From the NCBI GenBank assembly GCA_947457565.1, contig CANGWH010000004.1:149-64148 (forward strand): a DNA stretch of 64,000 bases, written 5' to 3'. Position numbers and translations under genes: made by a program. This DNA is from Flavobacteriales bacterium. Lineage in GTDB: Bacteria; Bacteroidota; Bacteroidia; NS11-12g; UBA955. Positions 56,582 to 64,000 of the stretch are shown one piece after another. Every line of letters begins with the position of its first letter. Positions within the stretch are counted from its first letter, which is position 1. Below the pieces are notes generated by a model. It had not been told where the DNA came from, ran no database searches, and saw nothing but the letters and a program-made list of their open reading frames with translations.

Positions 56582-57835
56582 TTATTTTTTATAAAAACGA
56601 ATTACAGGACGAAATCCTACGTGGGATGAAGCTCCGTTTTTATGCATGAATTCTGCCGCAAGCGGTTCGGTGTAATAATAATCTTGGTTAAAGCTACCGC
56701 CTTTAATTAAATAATGATTTTGAAGTGCTGATTCGGTATGCAGGTAACTGGATAAATCGAAAACCGAAGGGTTTTGGTAAGCATTGGGAACCAAGGTCCC
56801 CGAGACATTGTAAACCCAGGTTTTATTATTGTATAAGTGGCCCAAAGCCGGAGAGCTGGTCCACTCGGCAACATTGCCTAAGAAGTGATGAATTCGGGGC
56901 CAGTTTTTACTGGGAAATCCACCTTGGTTGGTAGAATTGAGCATGCCGTAGCTGTCATCTATAAATTGAGAACTTCCATTAAAATGATAAACTTTTACCC
57001 CCCTAGCGGTGGTTAAACCGTAGGTGTTTATTATAAAATTTTGTTTACCCCCCAGCAAGGTTAATAAAGAATAATGGTTAATTGAACCAATGTTTGTACT
57101 TTTTGGAAACCGTTCTTTAATGGCCGTATAACTGGGTTTTTGAATACAAATATCATAAGTAGCACACCACTCAGCACTGGTGGGCAAGTCTCCCTCAATT
57201 GTATAAAGTGATTGAAAATCAAGGGGTAATCTGGCTGAGATTTTTTTTCCTAACCATTGACAATAAGCGCTTGCCTGAATGGCAGTTATACCTATCACGG
57301 GATAATCATCGAAGGCTGGATGTCTGAAATAATAATCTTTGTAGGCCTCATTGTACATTTTACTATTTAGCCATACTTGTGTATCGGGTAATAAAGCTTC
57401 ATAGGGGATGTTGAGCGCTCTAAATTCTATGCTACCGCTATCGGATAGAAATTGCCGATAATCTTTATTGCTTACTTCCCGTCTATGAATATAAAATGGC
57501 CGTGTTTGAATAGATTCTGTGATGTCCATTATGGTATCGAATCCCTTATACTGACTAAAGACTGGGAAGGTGGAAGTGAGAATAAATTGTGAATCCATGG
57601 GGTTGGATTCGTAGTTAGTGCTGGTGTAGATATTGGGATTGGATACAGGAAAAAAATCGGCGAGAAGGCTCTGATTTCTCACCGATTTAGGTGCTAGAAT
57701 ACTATTTTTTAAGTATTCCGAATGTTTTATGTAGTATTTTACCCTGAATTCTTGGTGTGGTAATACTTGGGATAACAAGGAAATCCAATTTCCAATAAGA
57801 ATCCCCCAAAAAACGACTGTTTTGCTAATGCTCAC
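56582..57835 (-). CDS. Secreted formylglycine-generating-enzyme (FGE/SUMF1)-family protein, GldJ/GldK/PorK-like domain, stand-alone.
   Basis: 417 aa with a signal peptide. FGE-family motifs occur in order: FYIHRREVSNKDYRQF, YPVIGITAIQASAYCQWLGK, RLP...AEW, GNVAEWTS, IKGGSF and HVGFRPV. There is no lipobox. No gldL/M/N or porL/M/N genes are nearby. Confidence 0.6.
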   Translation of the reverse strand: MSISKTVVFWGILIGNWISLLSQVLPHQEFRVKYYIKHSEYLKNSILAPKSVRNQSLLADFFPVSNPNIYTSTNYESNPMDSQFILTSTFPVFSQYKGFDTIMDITESIQTRPFYIHRREVSNKDYRQFLSDSGSIEFRALNIPYEALLPDTQVWLNSKMYNEAYKDYYFRHPAFDDYPVIGITAIQASAYCQWLGKKISARLPLDFQSLYTIEGDLPTSAEWCATYDICIQKPSYTAIKERFPKSTNIGSINHYSLLTLLGGKQNFIINTYGLTTARGVKVYHFNGSSQFIDDSYGMLNSTNQGGFPSKNWPRIHHFLGNVAEWTSSPALGHLYNNKTWVYNVSGTLVPNAYQNPSVFDLSSYLHTESALQNHYLIKGGSFNQDYYYTEPLAAEFMHKNGASSHVGFRPVIRFYKK

Positions 57836-57880
57836 AATACAAATTTAAGGGTAATTGGGTTATGAAGACTTTTCGGTCTA

Positions 57881-58351
57881 TTAATCTTGTAATTGCTGTA
57901 AAGTAGTTTTTACCGCATTCAAATTAGGTAATTCTCCTGCATTTTCTAATACTTCGGCATATTGAACTACGCCGTTTCTATCGATAACAAATGCTGCACG
58001 TTTGCTTACTCCTTTCATTCCAAACGCAAAGTTTTCATAAATGCTTCCGTAAGCTTCACTAACTTCTTTGTTGAAATCACTTAACAGATTAAAATTGAAA
58101 TTCTGTTGCTGTTTCCAGTTATCAAGAGTGAATACAGAATCAACGGAAATGGCTAAAATTTCAGCATTTAACGATTCATATACCTTCAAATTATCGCGAG
58201 TGTCACACAATTCGGTGGTGCAAACACTTGTGAAAGCTTGGGGATAGAATAAAATAACTACGTTTTTTCCGTTAAAAGAGCTCAGTTCAATTTCTTGTTT
58301 CTCTGAATTGAAAAGTTTAAAATTAGGGGCGGTTTGTCCAACAGTTATCAT
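57881..58351 (-). CDS. bcp: Peroxiredoxin, Bcp/PrxQ type.
   Basis: 156 aa thioredoxin-fold protein. The C-x4-C peroxidatic motif FTSVCTTELC is characteristic of Bcp/PrxQ. Confidence 0.7.
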   Translation of the reverse strand: MITVGQTAPNFKLFNSEKQEIELSSFNGKNVVILFYPQAFTSVCTTELCDTRDNLKVYESLNAEILAISVDSVFTLDNWKQQQNFNFNLLSDFNKEVSEAYGSIYENFAFGMKGVSKRAAFVIDRNGVVQYAEVLENAGELPNLNAVKTTLQQLQD

Positions 58352-58497
58352 AATATAATAATATACAATTTAATTCTTTTTATGTTTGAGTTGTAGGTCG
58401 ATTTTAGATTAATTTCACTTAGACATATTGGTGTATCGGGGAACAATATTCTCAGTAGTAATTATTGGTTCCGTTTTTTGTTGTTTAAATAATTGGA

Positions 58498-61092
58498 TTA
58501 ACGCATTTGAATTAATGCAGGATTACTCGTTACGGTTTTATTTAATTTCAAATCTCTAAGTAAAGGACTTTTTGGCCTGAGTGAGAATAGCCATTGTTTT
58601 CCATAACCCGATGGAATAAAGGTGAATTCTAACTGCCAACAATGCAAGGATCGAACAACAGTAAACTGAGAACCAGCTATTTCTTTTCGGTTAAAATCCC
58701 AGCCAGTTTGGTAAGCGATTTTCCATTCGTTGGTGATATTTAAATCCCCACCAACCGTAATTCTATTGTTCGTTATTTTGCTTGTATTTCCTCGTAATTC
58801 ACTATTATAGTTCAAGTTATAAGTGAAGTTTAACGACCAAGGAATGTCGAAATCAAAATAATTCCAAGGATTATTGTTTACCTGCGCAAGCTCGTCTTCA
58901 TCAGCGTCTTTGGCTCCTTTCTTGGGTGATTTAGAAGTTCCAGTGATCATGTCTGGCGTAATTCTACTGCTTACACTGGCACTGGCATTTCTAAACCGCA
59001 ATGGTTGATTTTTTTGAGTCCAATAGAATTCATTAATGGCTCTTCCATTTTGAAAGGAATAGAATGAATGCGATGATGAAATACCAATCCTTATTTGTTT
59101 GAATAAAACGGTATTTAAAGTGCTGTTGATATCGGAGAAATTGAGTGAATCGGCAAAGAAATTATAGTTGCCATTAAAGGATAACTGATCAATTAAATTT
59201 ACTTTTTCGAACTGTTTACCTGTACTATCATTTTCAGCTAATTTTTTAGCTTGAAAATTGTTGCTTAATCCATAGGTTAAACTACCACCGCCTAGTTGCC
59301 CATTTCCTCCGTATAAACTATTCGAAAACACGTTATAGTTGATTTTTTTCCCCGAAGAATCGATGTAACTTCTAACCCATCCTTTCTCTTCGGCGTTTAT
59401 TTCCGGTCTGTAAGTAAAGCCGATGGAGGGAGTTAATGTATGTCGGATTGCTCTAATTTTACCCCAGTTCAATTGGTTAAATGTGCCGTAAATGTTGGTA
59501 TTTAAGTTGGCACCTGCGTTATAATCATAAATTCTAAAAAAGCCTATAGAATCAGTGAACGTAACTTTTTTAGTATTGGGATCCCAATGTTGCAAACGGG
59601 CTTTGTGGTACCAAATCTCCCCATAATTTAGATTTGGCGAAATATTAATAGCACCGTTGAATAATTTAATATTTGTGCTGATCGGTATTCTATGTTTAAA
59701 ACCGGATTGTAGACTAGAATTAAATGTATTTTTAAATTGATCACTAAAAATAATTGTATCTTTTGTGTTCAAAATATTCGCTACATTCATGGTATATCCA
59801 AATCGAACTTGGCGTAACCAATGGGTATTATTTCCTGTTTTCCTAGCAAAGGGGGTTAAGGAGGAAACACCAATATTCACATTGGGTAATTCTAATCGAA
59901 AATCTCGGGTTTGAGTATTTTGACTATGTCGGGCAGAAGCCGAAAGATTCACCTTGTTTTTTACGAAGTTTCTTCCGTAATTGACACTAGAGGTAAACTG
60001 ATTATTATTTAGGGATCGAACATCGGTAGCGTTTCGTTTATTGAAATCGCCCGTAACAATATTAATATTACCATTAAAAGAAACTCCCGGAAAAAGTTTG
60101 GGATCCATACTGAATTGGGATACTATACCATAATCAAGATTTTTTTTATATTCGGGATGAGCAAAATCTAAACCATTACCAAATCTGCTTGCTTGCAGCG
60201 ACAATGAACCGCGCCAATGATAGCGTTTTGTGAAGTTAGTTTGGAATTTGCCACGTAAATCACCGTTTAAAAACACATCGGTACTTACTTGAACATCCGC
60301 ATATTGTCCAAGTCCGGTGTAGTAACCTAAATTACTGAGAAAGAAGGATCGATTACTTCTAAAATATCCATAATTGGGCATGAGGATTCCGTTTCGTCTA
60401 CCTTTTTGTAATGGCGCCAAACCAAAGGGTAGGGCAAGTGGGGTAGGGATTCCCATGAAAACCATATTTGCAGGGCCAAACAGCGCTTTATTGTTTGGCA
60501 TTATTTTAATTTTACTGGTATTTAGGTAAAAATGCGGGTGCTCAGCATCGCAAGTTGTTAATTTCCCTGAGGATCCCATAAAACTACCATCGGGTTGCTT
60601 AACCACCGATTTTAGCTGCACATACGCTTCATCTTGCTTTAATCGTAATCCAAAAACTTTCCCCTTTTGTGTTTGTGAAGAATACATCATGGAATCGGCT
60701 TCGTAGGTTTCACCGTTATCGTTAAACAACGGTTTTTCTATGTAATTGCCCAAAGAATCTAATCTTCCCCGTGCATATAGAATTTTTTTGGTTAATCGAA
60801 CTTCAATGTAAGCCGATTGTAACTGGGTGTTTTCGAATTTTACATCGGCATTTTTATACAATTTAGCTAATCCGGTGGCAATATTTAGGTTCAAACTATC
60901 CGAGGACTTGTAGGAAACTGGGTTGGATAAATTTGATTTAGCCGCAGTTTTTATTGTGTCTGATAAATTGGAATTAGTCTTGGTGGTGTCTGATTTTTGT
61001 GCATGAAGGCCTCTACCCAACAATAGGGAAAATAGTAGAATCCACACTTTGGTGGTATTATACCTTATATATAGAAGCAGATTCTTTTTCAA
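58498..61092 (-). CDS. LptD-like LPS-assembly outer-membrane protein (OstA family).
   Basis: The long ORF runs to 61269. An in-frame TTG at 61090-61092 gives a clean signal peptide MKKNLLLYIRYNTTKVWILLFSLLLGRGLHAQ. The ~860 aa mature protein has an N-terminal OstA-like beta-jellyroll and a large C-terminal barrel. It is divergent from an amidase gene, as in other Bacteroidota. The assignment is from memory of family architecture. Confidence 0.5.
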   Translation of the reverse strand: MKKNLLLYIRYNTTKVWILLFSLLLGRGLHAQKSDTTKTNSNLSDTIKTAAKSNLSNPVSYKSSDSLNLNIATGLAKLYKNADVKFENTQLQSAYIEVRLTKKILYARGRLDSLGNYIEKPLFNDNGETYEADSMMYSSQTQKGKVFGLRLKQDEAYVQLKSVVKQPDGSFMGSSGKLTTCDAEHPHFYLNTSKIKIMPNNKALFGPANMVFMGIPTPLALPFGLAPLQKGRRNGILMPNYGYFRSNRSFFLSNLGYYTGLGQYADVQVSTDVFLNGDLRGKFQTNFTKRYHWRGSLSLQASRFGNGLDFAHPEYKKNLDYGIVSQFSMDPKLFPGVSFNGNINIVTGDFNKRNATDVRSLNNNQFTSSVNYGRNFVKNKVNLSASARHSQNTQTRDFRLELPNVNIGVSSLTPFARKTGNNTHWLRQVRFGYTMNVANILNTKDTIIFSDQFKNTFNSSLQSGFKHRIPISTNIKLFNGAINISPNLNYGEIWYHKARLQHWDPNTKKVTFTDSIGFFRIYDYNAGANLNTNIYGTFNQLNWGKIRAIRHTLTPSIGFTYRPEINAEEKGWVRSYIDSSGKKINYNVFSNSLYGGNGQLGGGSLTYGLSNNFQAKKLAENDSTGKQFEKVNLIDQLSFNGNYNFFADSLNFSDINSTLNTVLFKQIRIGISSSHSFYSFQNGRAINEFYWTQKNQPLRFRNASASVSSRITPDMITGTSKSPKKGAKDADEDELAQVNNNPWNYFDFDIPWSLNFTYNLNYNSELRGNTSKITNNRITVGGDLNITNEWKIAYQTGWDFNRKEIAGSQFTVVRSLHCWQLEFTFIPSGYGKQWLFSLRPKSPLLRDLKLNKTVTSNPALIQMR

Positions 61093-61206
61093 TTCGGTGC
61101 GAAATTCGACAAAAATTTTAGAGTTATTTACTGATTCGGCACAATTTTGGAATAATGCAAGTTGAAAATCGATTAACGCGATAACTCCGAAAAAAATTTG
61201 TAATAA

Positions 61207-62043
61207 ATGCAAAGGTTGAAATTCATAACGGTAAAAAGTGCAAAAGCCATTGGATTTAGTGTTTTGCATTTGCTATGTGTGTTGGTTATCTTGTTGGGTT
61301 TGCCTGGAGCTAAGTCTGTGAGAGTGGTAAATTCATTAAAGACACTTGTCATTGATGCAGGTCATGGTGGGGTAGATCCGGGATGTAATGGCGCCAATGA
61401 AATTACTGAAAAACAGGTAACTTTAGGGGTGGCACTTAAACTTGGGAAAATACTCGCCGATAGTATGCCGGAGATTAAGGTTGTATTTACCCGCACATCG
61501 GATAAAACATTGAAGTTATCGGAGAGGCCTGAATTGGCCAATAAAAATTCTGCCGATTTATTTATTTCTATCCATTGTAACGCCAATAATAATGTATCGG
61601 CAGCGGGTAGTGAAACGTATTTTATGGGTTTGCATAAATCCGAAGGTAATCTGGAAGTGGCAAAGCGCGAGAATTCGGCCATTACCTTTGAGTCGGATTA
61701 TCAAGATAATGTGCGATACGGAGGATTCGATCCCAATTCTCCCGAAGGACATATAATATTCTCGTTGGTTCAGAATGCTTTTATGAAGCAAAGTTTAAAA
61801 CTTGCTTCTGGCATTGAAAATCACACAGGAAAATTAAGCCCGATTAAAAGTAGGGGAGTAAAGCAAGCCGGTTTTTTAGTGTTGTGGCAGACCTCTATGC
61901 CCAGTGTATTAGTGGAAACAGGTTTCTTAACCAATTCGTCGGATAGGAAGGTGTTAAAGACAGAAGAAGGCCAGCGTAAGATTGCTATTGGGATTTACCG
62001 GGCAATAAGGGATTACAAGATTGGATTAGAAGCTTCCAAATAG
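61207..62043 (+). CDS. N-acetylmuramoyl-L-alanine amidase (Amidase_3, AmiC family).
   Basis: 278 aa. LVIDAGHGGVDPG...FISIHCNA...ETYF are the zinc-ligand motifs of Amidase_3. An N-terminal TM/signal is present. Confidence 0.8.
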   Translation: MQRLKFITVKSAKAIGFSVLHLLCVLVILLGLPGAKSVRVVNSLKTLVIDAGHGGVDPGCNGANEITEKQVTLGVALKLGKILADSMPEIKVVFTRTSDKTLKLSERPELANKNSADLFISIHCNANNNVSAAGSETYFMGLHKSEGNLEVAKRENSAITFESDYQDNVRYGGFDPNSPEGHIIFSLVQNAFMKQSLKLASGIENHTGKLSPIKSRGVKQAGFLVLWQTSMPSVLVETGFLTNSSDRKVLKTEEGQRKIAIGIYRAIRDYKIGLEASK

Positions 62044-62172
62044 CATTTTAGGTTATTCGATCTTGGTGGATTTGTAAAATATCCATGGTTAAAATGTAAT
62101 TTTTTTTACAATTTTCTTGCAACCTATTGAAGAAAATGCGTCATTTGTGAAAACTAACTATATATATATTCT

Positions 62173-64000
62173 ATGAAATCAACAATTACAAAACTTAAAA
62201 GCCTTGTGCTTACTGGGGTTTTGTTGGGAGGATTCTTCTCAACAGTATCCCTGAAAGCGCAATGCCCAACGCAATGTACAGGGACAAATTCCTGGGGTTG
62301 CGGTGGTGCACTGGTGGGAAGCGGAACGGATTACCCAGGAGACATTCTTGCGGTAGAAGTTAAAGATTCCAAAGGTTCTTCACTGGCTTCTTACAGTGGA
62401 CTTGGATGTACTACTGGAACTGCAGCAAGTACGTACAAGGGTGTTTTGAATCAGGGTAAACCATTTGATTTAACTGCTGGTGAAGTTATCAGCGTTACGG
62501 TAGATGGTGGTTCTTGGGCTACTCAAAGTTGGGGTACTCGTGTAGGTATTTGGATTGACGCTGACAGAAATGGTCAGTTTGTACAAACTGAATGTCTTGT
62601 TGACCCTGCTAGTAACGTGGCTTCAGGTCCTGTTACATACACTTTGAAAATGCCATGTTGGAAAACAACTGGTTGTTCTTTCTTACGTATTCGTGGTGGA
62701 GCTTCTGTTTATAACATGGCTAACACTTGGGGTTGTAACCAACAAAATACTTACGGAAACGTATTAGATTTAGAGGTTAACTTGAAATTGGGTTCAACGC
62801 CTGTTGCTAACTTCACTGTACCATCTTCTAATAACTACGTTAACTCTTTGGTTAGATTCAATGCGATTAATCCAAGCAATGGATATTCGTACAGATGGAC
62901 GTTCGATAAAGCTGCTACACCTCCGTACACTGGATTTAATAACAATACTTCCAAAGGTGCTGCCAAATGGATGAGCACTGGTAACGGCGGTCCAGGTGCT
63001 GGTAAATATGATGTTAAGTTACACGTAAGTTATTGCGGTATAGCGGATTCTATCACTAAACAGGTTACTATTGTGGCTCCAACTTTGGCGCCTAAAGCTG
63101 ATTTTATTGCTTCGGACAACGAAGTTGAGGTTTATTTTGATGTTCAAATGTTTGATTTGAGCAATAATGGTGCTTATAAATGGAATTGGGAACTTACTTC
63201 TCCAACCGGAATTGACGACCAAGCTTCAAACGATCAGAATCCTACATTTAATTTACAAGAAATTGGATGGTACAATGTATGTCTAACCAGTGAGAATGAT
63301 ATCGGAAAATCAAACAAAGTTTGTAAAAACCGTTATGTAGAGTGTATTTCTCCTACAGAGTATATCATGGGTCCTCAGACAAATTCTCAGGCTCGTGCGG
63401 GTACAATTTATGACCACGCTTATACTAATGACTATAGCAATAATCGTAAGAGAACTATTGACTATTTCAAAATCGTACCTTGCGGCGCTGAGAAAATAAC
63501 ATTAACGTTTGCTCAATTAAAGTTGAACGATGCAGGTGATAAATTACGTATTTATGATTTTGATGAAGAGAATCCTAGTAAATTAGTTGCAACTATCGAT
63601 GGTACTAATTTCACTAAGTATGATACTACAGCTATTGTTCTAAATAGTGGTGTAGCTTATTTGACATTCGAATCTAACGGTACGGGTGTAGCTGCTGGTT
63701 ATATCATTAACTGGGATGCTAAATTGAGACCTGCGGTTAAACCTGAGGCTAACTGGTCTTTAGAATATAATCCGGTGGCTGTAGGTACTACTGTAACGTT
63801 CAAAAACGAAACAAAAAATGCTCAGGGTATTCCTGAATACGAGTGGAATGTATTGGATGATGCCTTCAATGATGTTGATGGACCATTTACTCCAACTGAT
63901 TTAACCTATAGTGGGTTCTTCACCGATGGAGACTATTACATGATGTTGATTGCTAGAACTTGTACAGGTGTTGATACATTCATGAAGAAATATGGTGTAT
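62173..64000 (+). CDS. Secreted PKD-repeat protein with a CUB-like domain, partial (3' end beyond the window).
   Basis: The ORF has no stop before nt 64000 and is not in the supplied track because it is open-ended. The signal peptide is MKSTITKLKSLVLTGVLLGGFFSTVSLKAQ. PKD-like repeats are present (YRWTFD, WNWELT, YEWNV). A CUB-like segment reads GTIYDHAYTNDYSNNRKRTIDYFKIVPCGAEKITLTF...LRIYDFDE. Confidence 0.65.
   Translation, partial: MKSTITKLKSLVLTGVLLGGFFSTVSLKAQCPTQCTGTNSWGCGGALVGSGTDYPGDILAVEVKDSKGSSLASYSGLGCTTGTAASTYKGVLNQGKPFDLTAGEVISVTVDGGSWATQSWGTRVGIWIDADRNGQFVQTECLVDPASNVASGPVTYTLKMPCWKTTGCSFLRIRGGASVYNMANTWGCNQQNTYGNVLDLEVNLKLGSTPVANFTVPSSNNYVNSLVRFNAINPSNGYSYRWTFDKAATPPYTGFNNNTSKGAAKWMSTGNGGPGAGKYDVKLHVSYCGIADSITKQVTIVAPTLAPKADFIASDNEVEVYFDVQMFDLSNNGAYKWNWELTSPTGIDDQASNDQNPTFNLQEIGWYNVCLTSENDIGKSNKVCKNRYVECISPTEYIMGPQTNSQARAGTIYDHAYTNDYSNNRKRTIDYFKIVPCGAEKITLTFAQLKLNDAGDKLRIYDFDEENPSKLVATIDGTNFTKYDTTAIVLNSGVAYLTFESNGTGVAAGYIINWDAKLRPAVKPEANWSLEYNPVAVGTTVTFKNETKNAQGIPEYEWNVLDDAFNDVDGPFTPTDLTYSGFFTDGDYYMMLIARTCTGVDTFMKKYGV

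Noticed and set aside
1-64000. Searched by eye for CRISPR arrays, IS/transposase or integrase genes, tRNA/rRNA genes and phage modules.
   Set aside because: There are no short direct repeats with unique spacers. No DDE, tyrosine or serine recombinase-like ORFs are present. Intergenic regions are short and lack tRNA-like GC-rich cloverleaf sequence. Every large ORF has a housekeeping or T9SS-cargo assignment.

Overview
This 64 kb window is a chromosomal segment from a Bacteroidota genome (AT-rich; Sphingobacteriia/Cytophagia/Chitinophagia-type gene content). Type IX secretion system (T9SS) cargo and partner genes are prominent. Both ends are housekeeping: meaB, tsaD, a TamB-like gene, uppP, ftsX, purL, polX, a GT9 heptosyltransferase, secDF, lysA, an LptD-like gene and an amidase. 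The centre (about 13.2-34.6 kb) is a T9SS accessory island made of three consecutive modules. Each module is a large secreted protein ending in a type-B C-terminal sorting domain, followed immediately by a PorP/SprF-family outer-membrane gene. Module 2 is a 3272-aa SprB-repeat giant adhesin with an N-terminal SBBP beta-propeller and internal higher-order repeats. Modules 1 and 3 are paralogous. Their PorP/SprF-like partners carry an acidic linker and a C-terminal SPOR-like (peptidoglycan-binding) domain, which is an unusual fusion. Other T9SS substrates are a type-A CTD protein at the 5' end, a solitary type-B CTD PKD/FN3 protein, and a partial PKD/CUB protein at the 3' end. A SusC/SusD locus carries no glycoside hydrolases and no regulator. 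It sits behind a stand-alone FGE/SUMF1-family (GldJ/GldK-like) gene and a Bcp-type peroxiredoxin. A DUF3127 OB-fold protein has an SSB-like acidic C-terminal tip. Several genes have Bacteroidetes-type -7 boxes (TAnnTTTG) directly upstream of their start codons, and two rho-independent terminators are visible. I saw no rRNA, tRNA, CRISPR, transposase or integrase.
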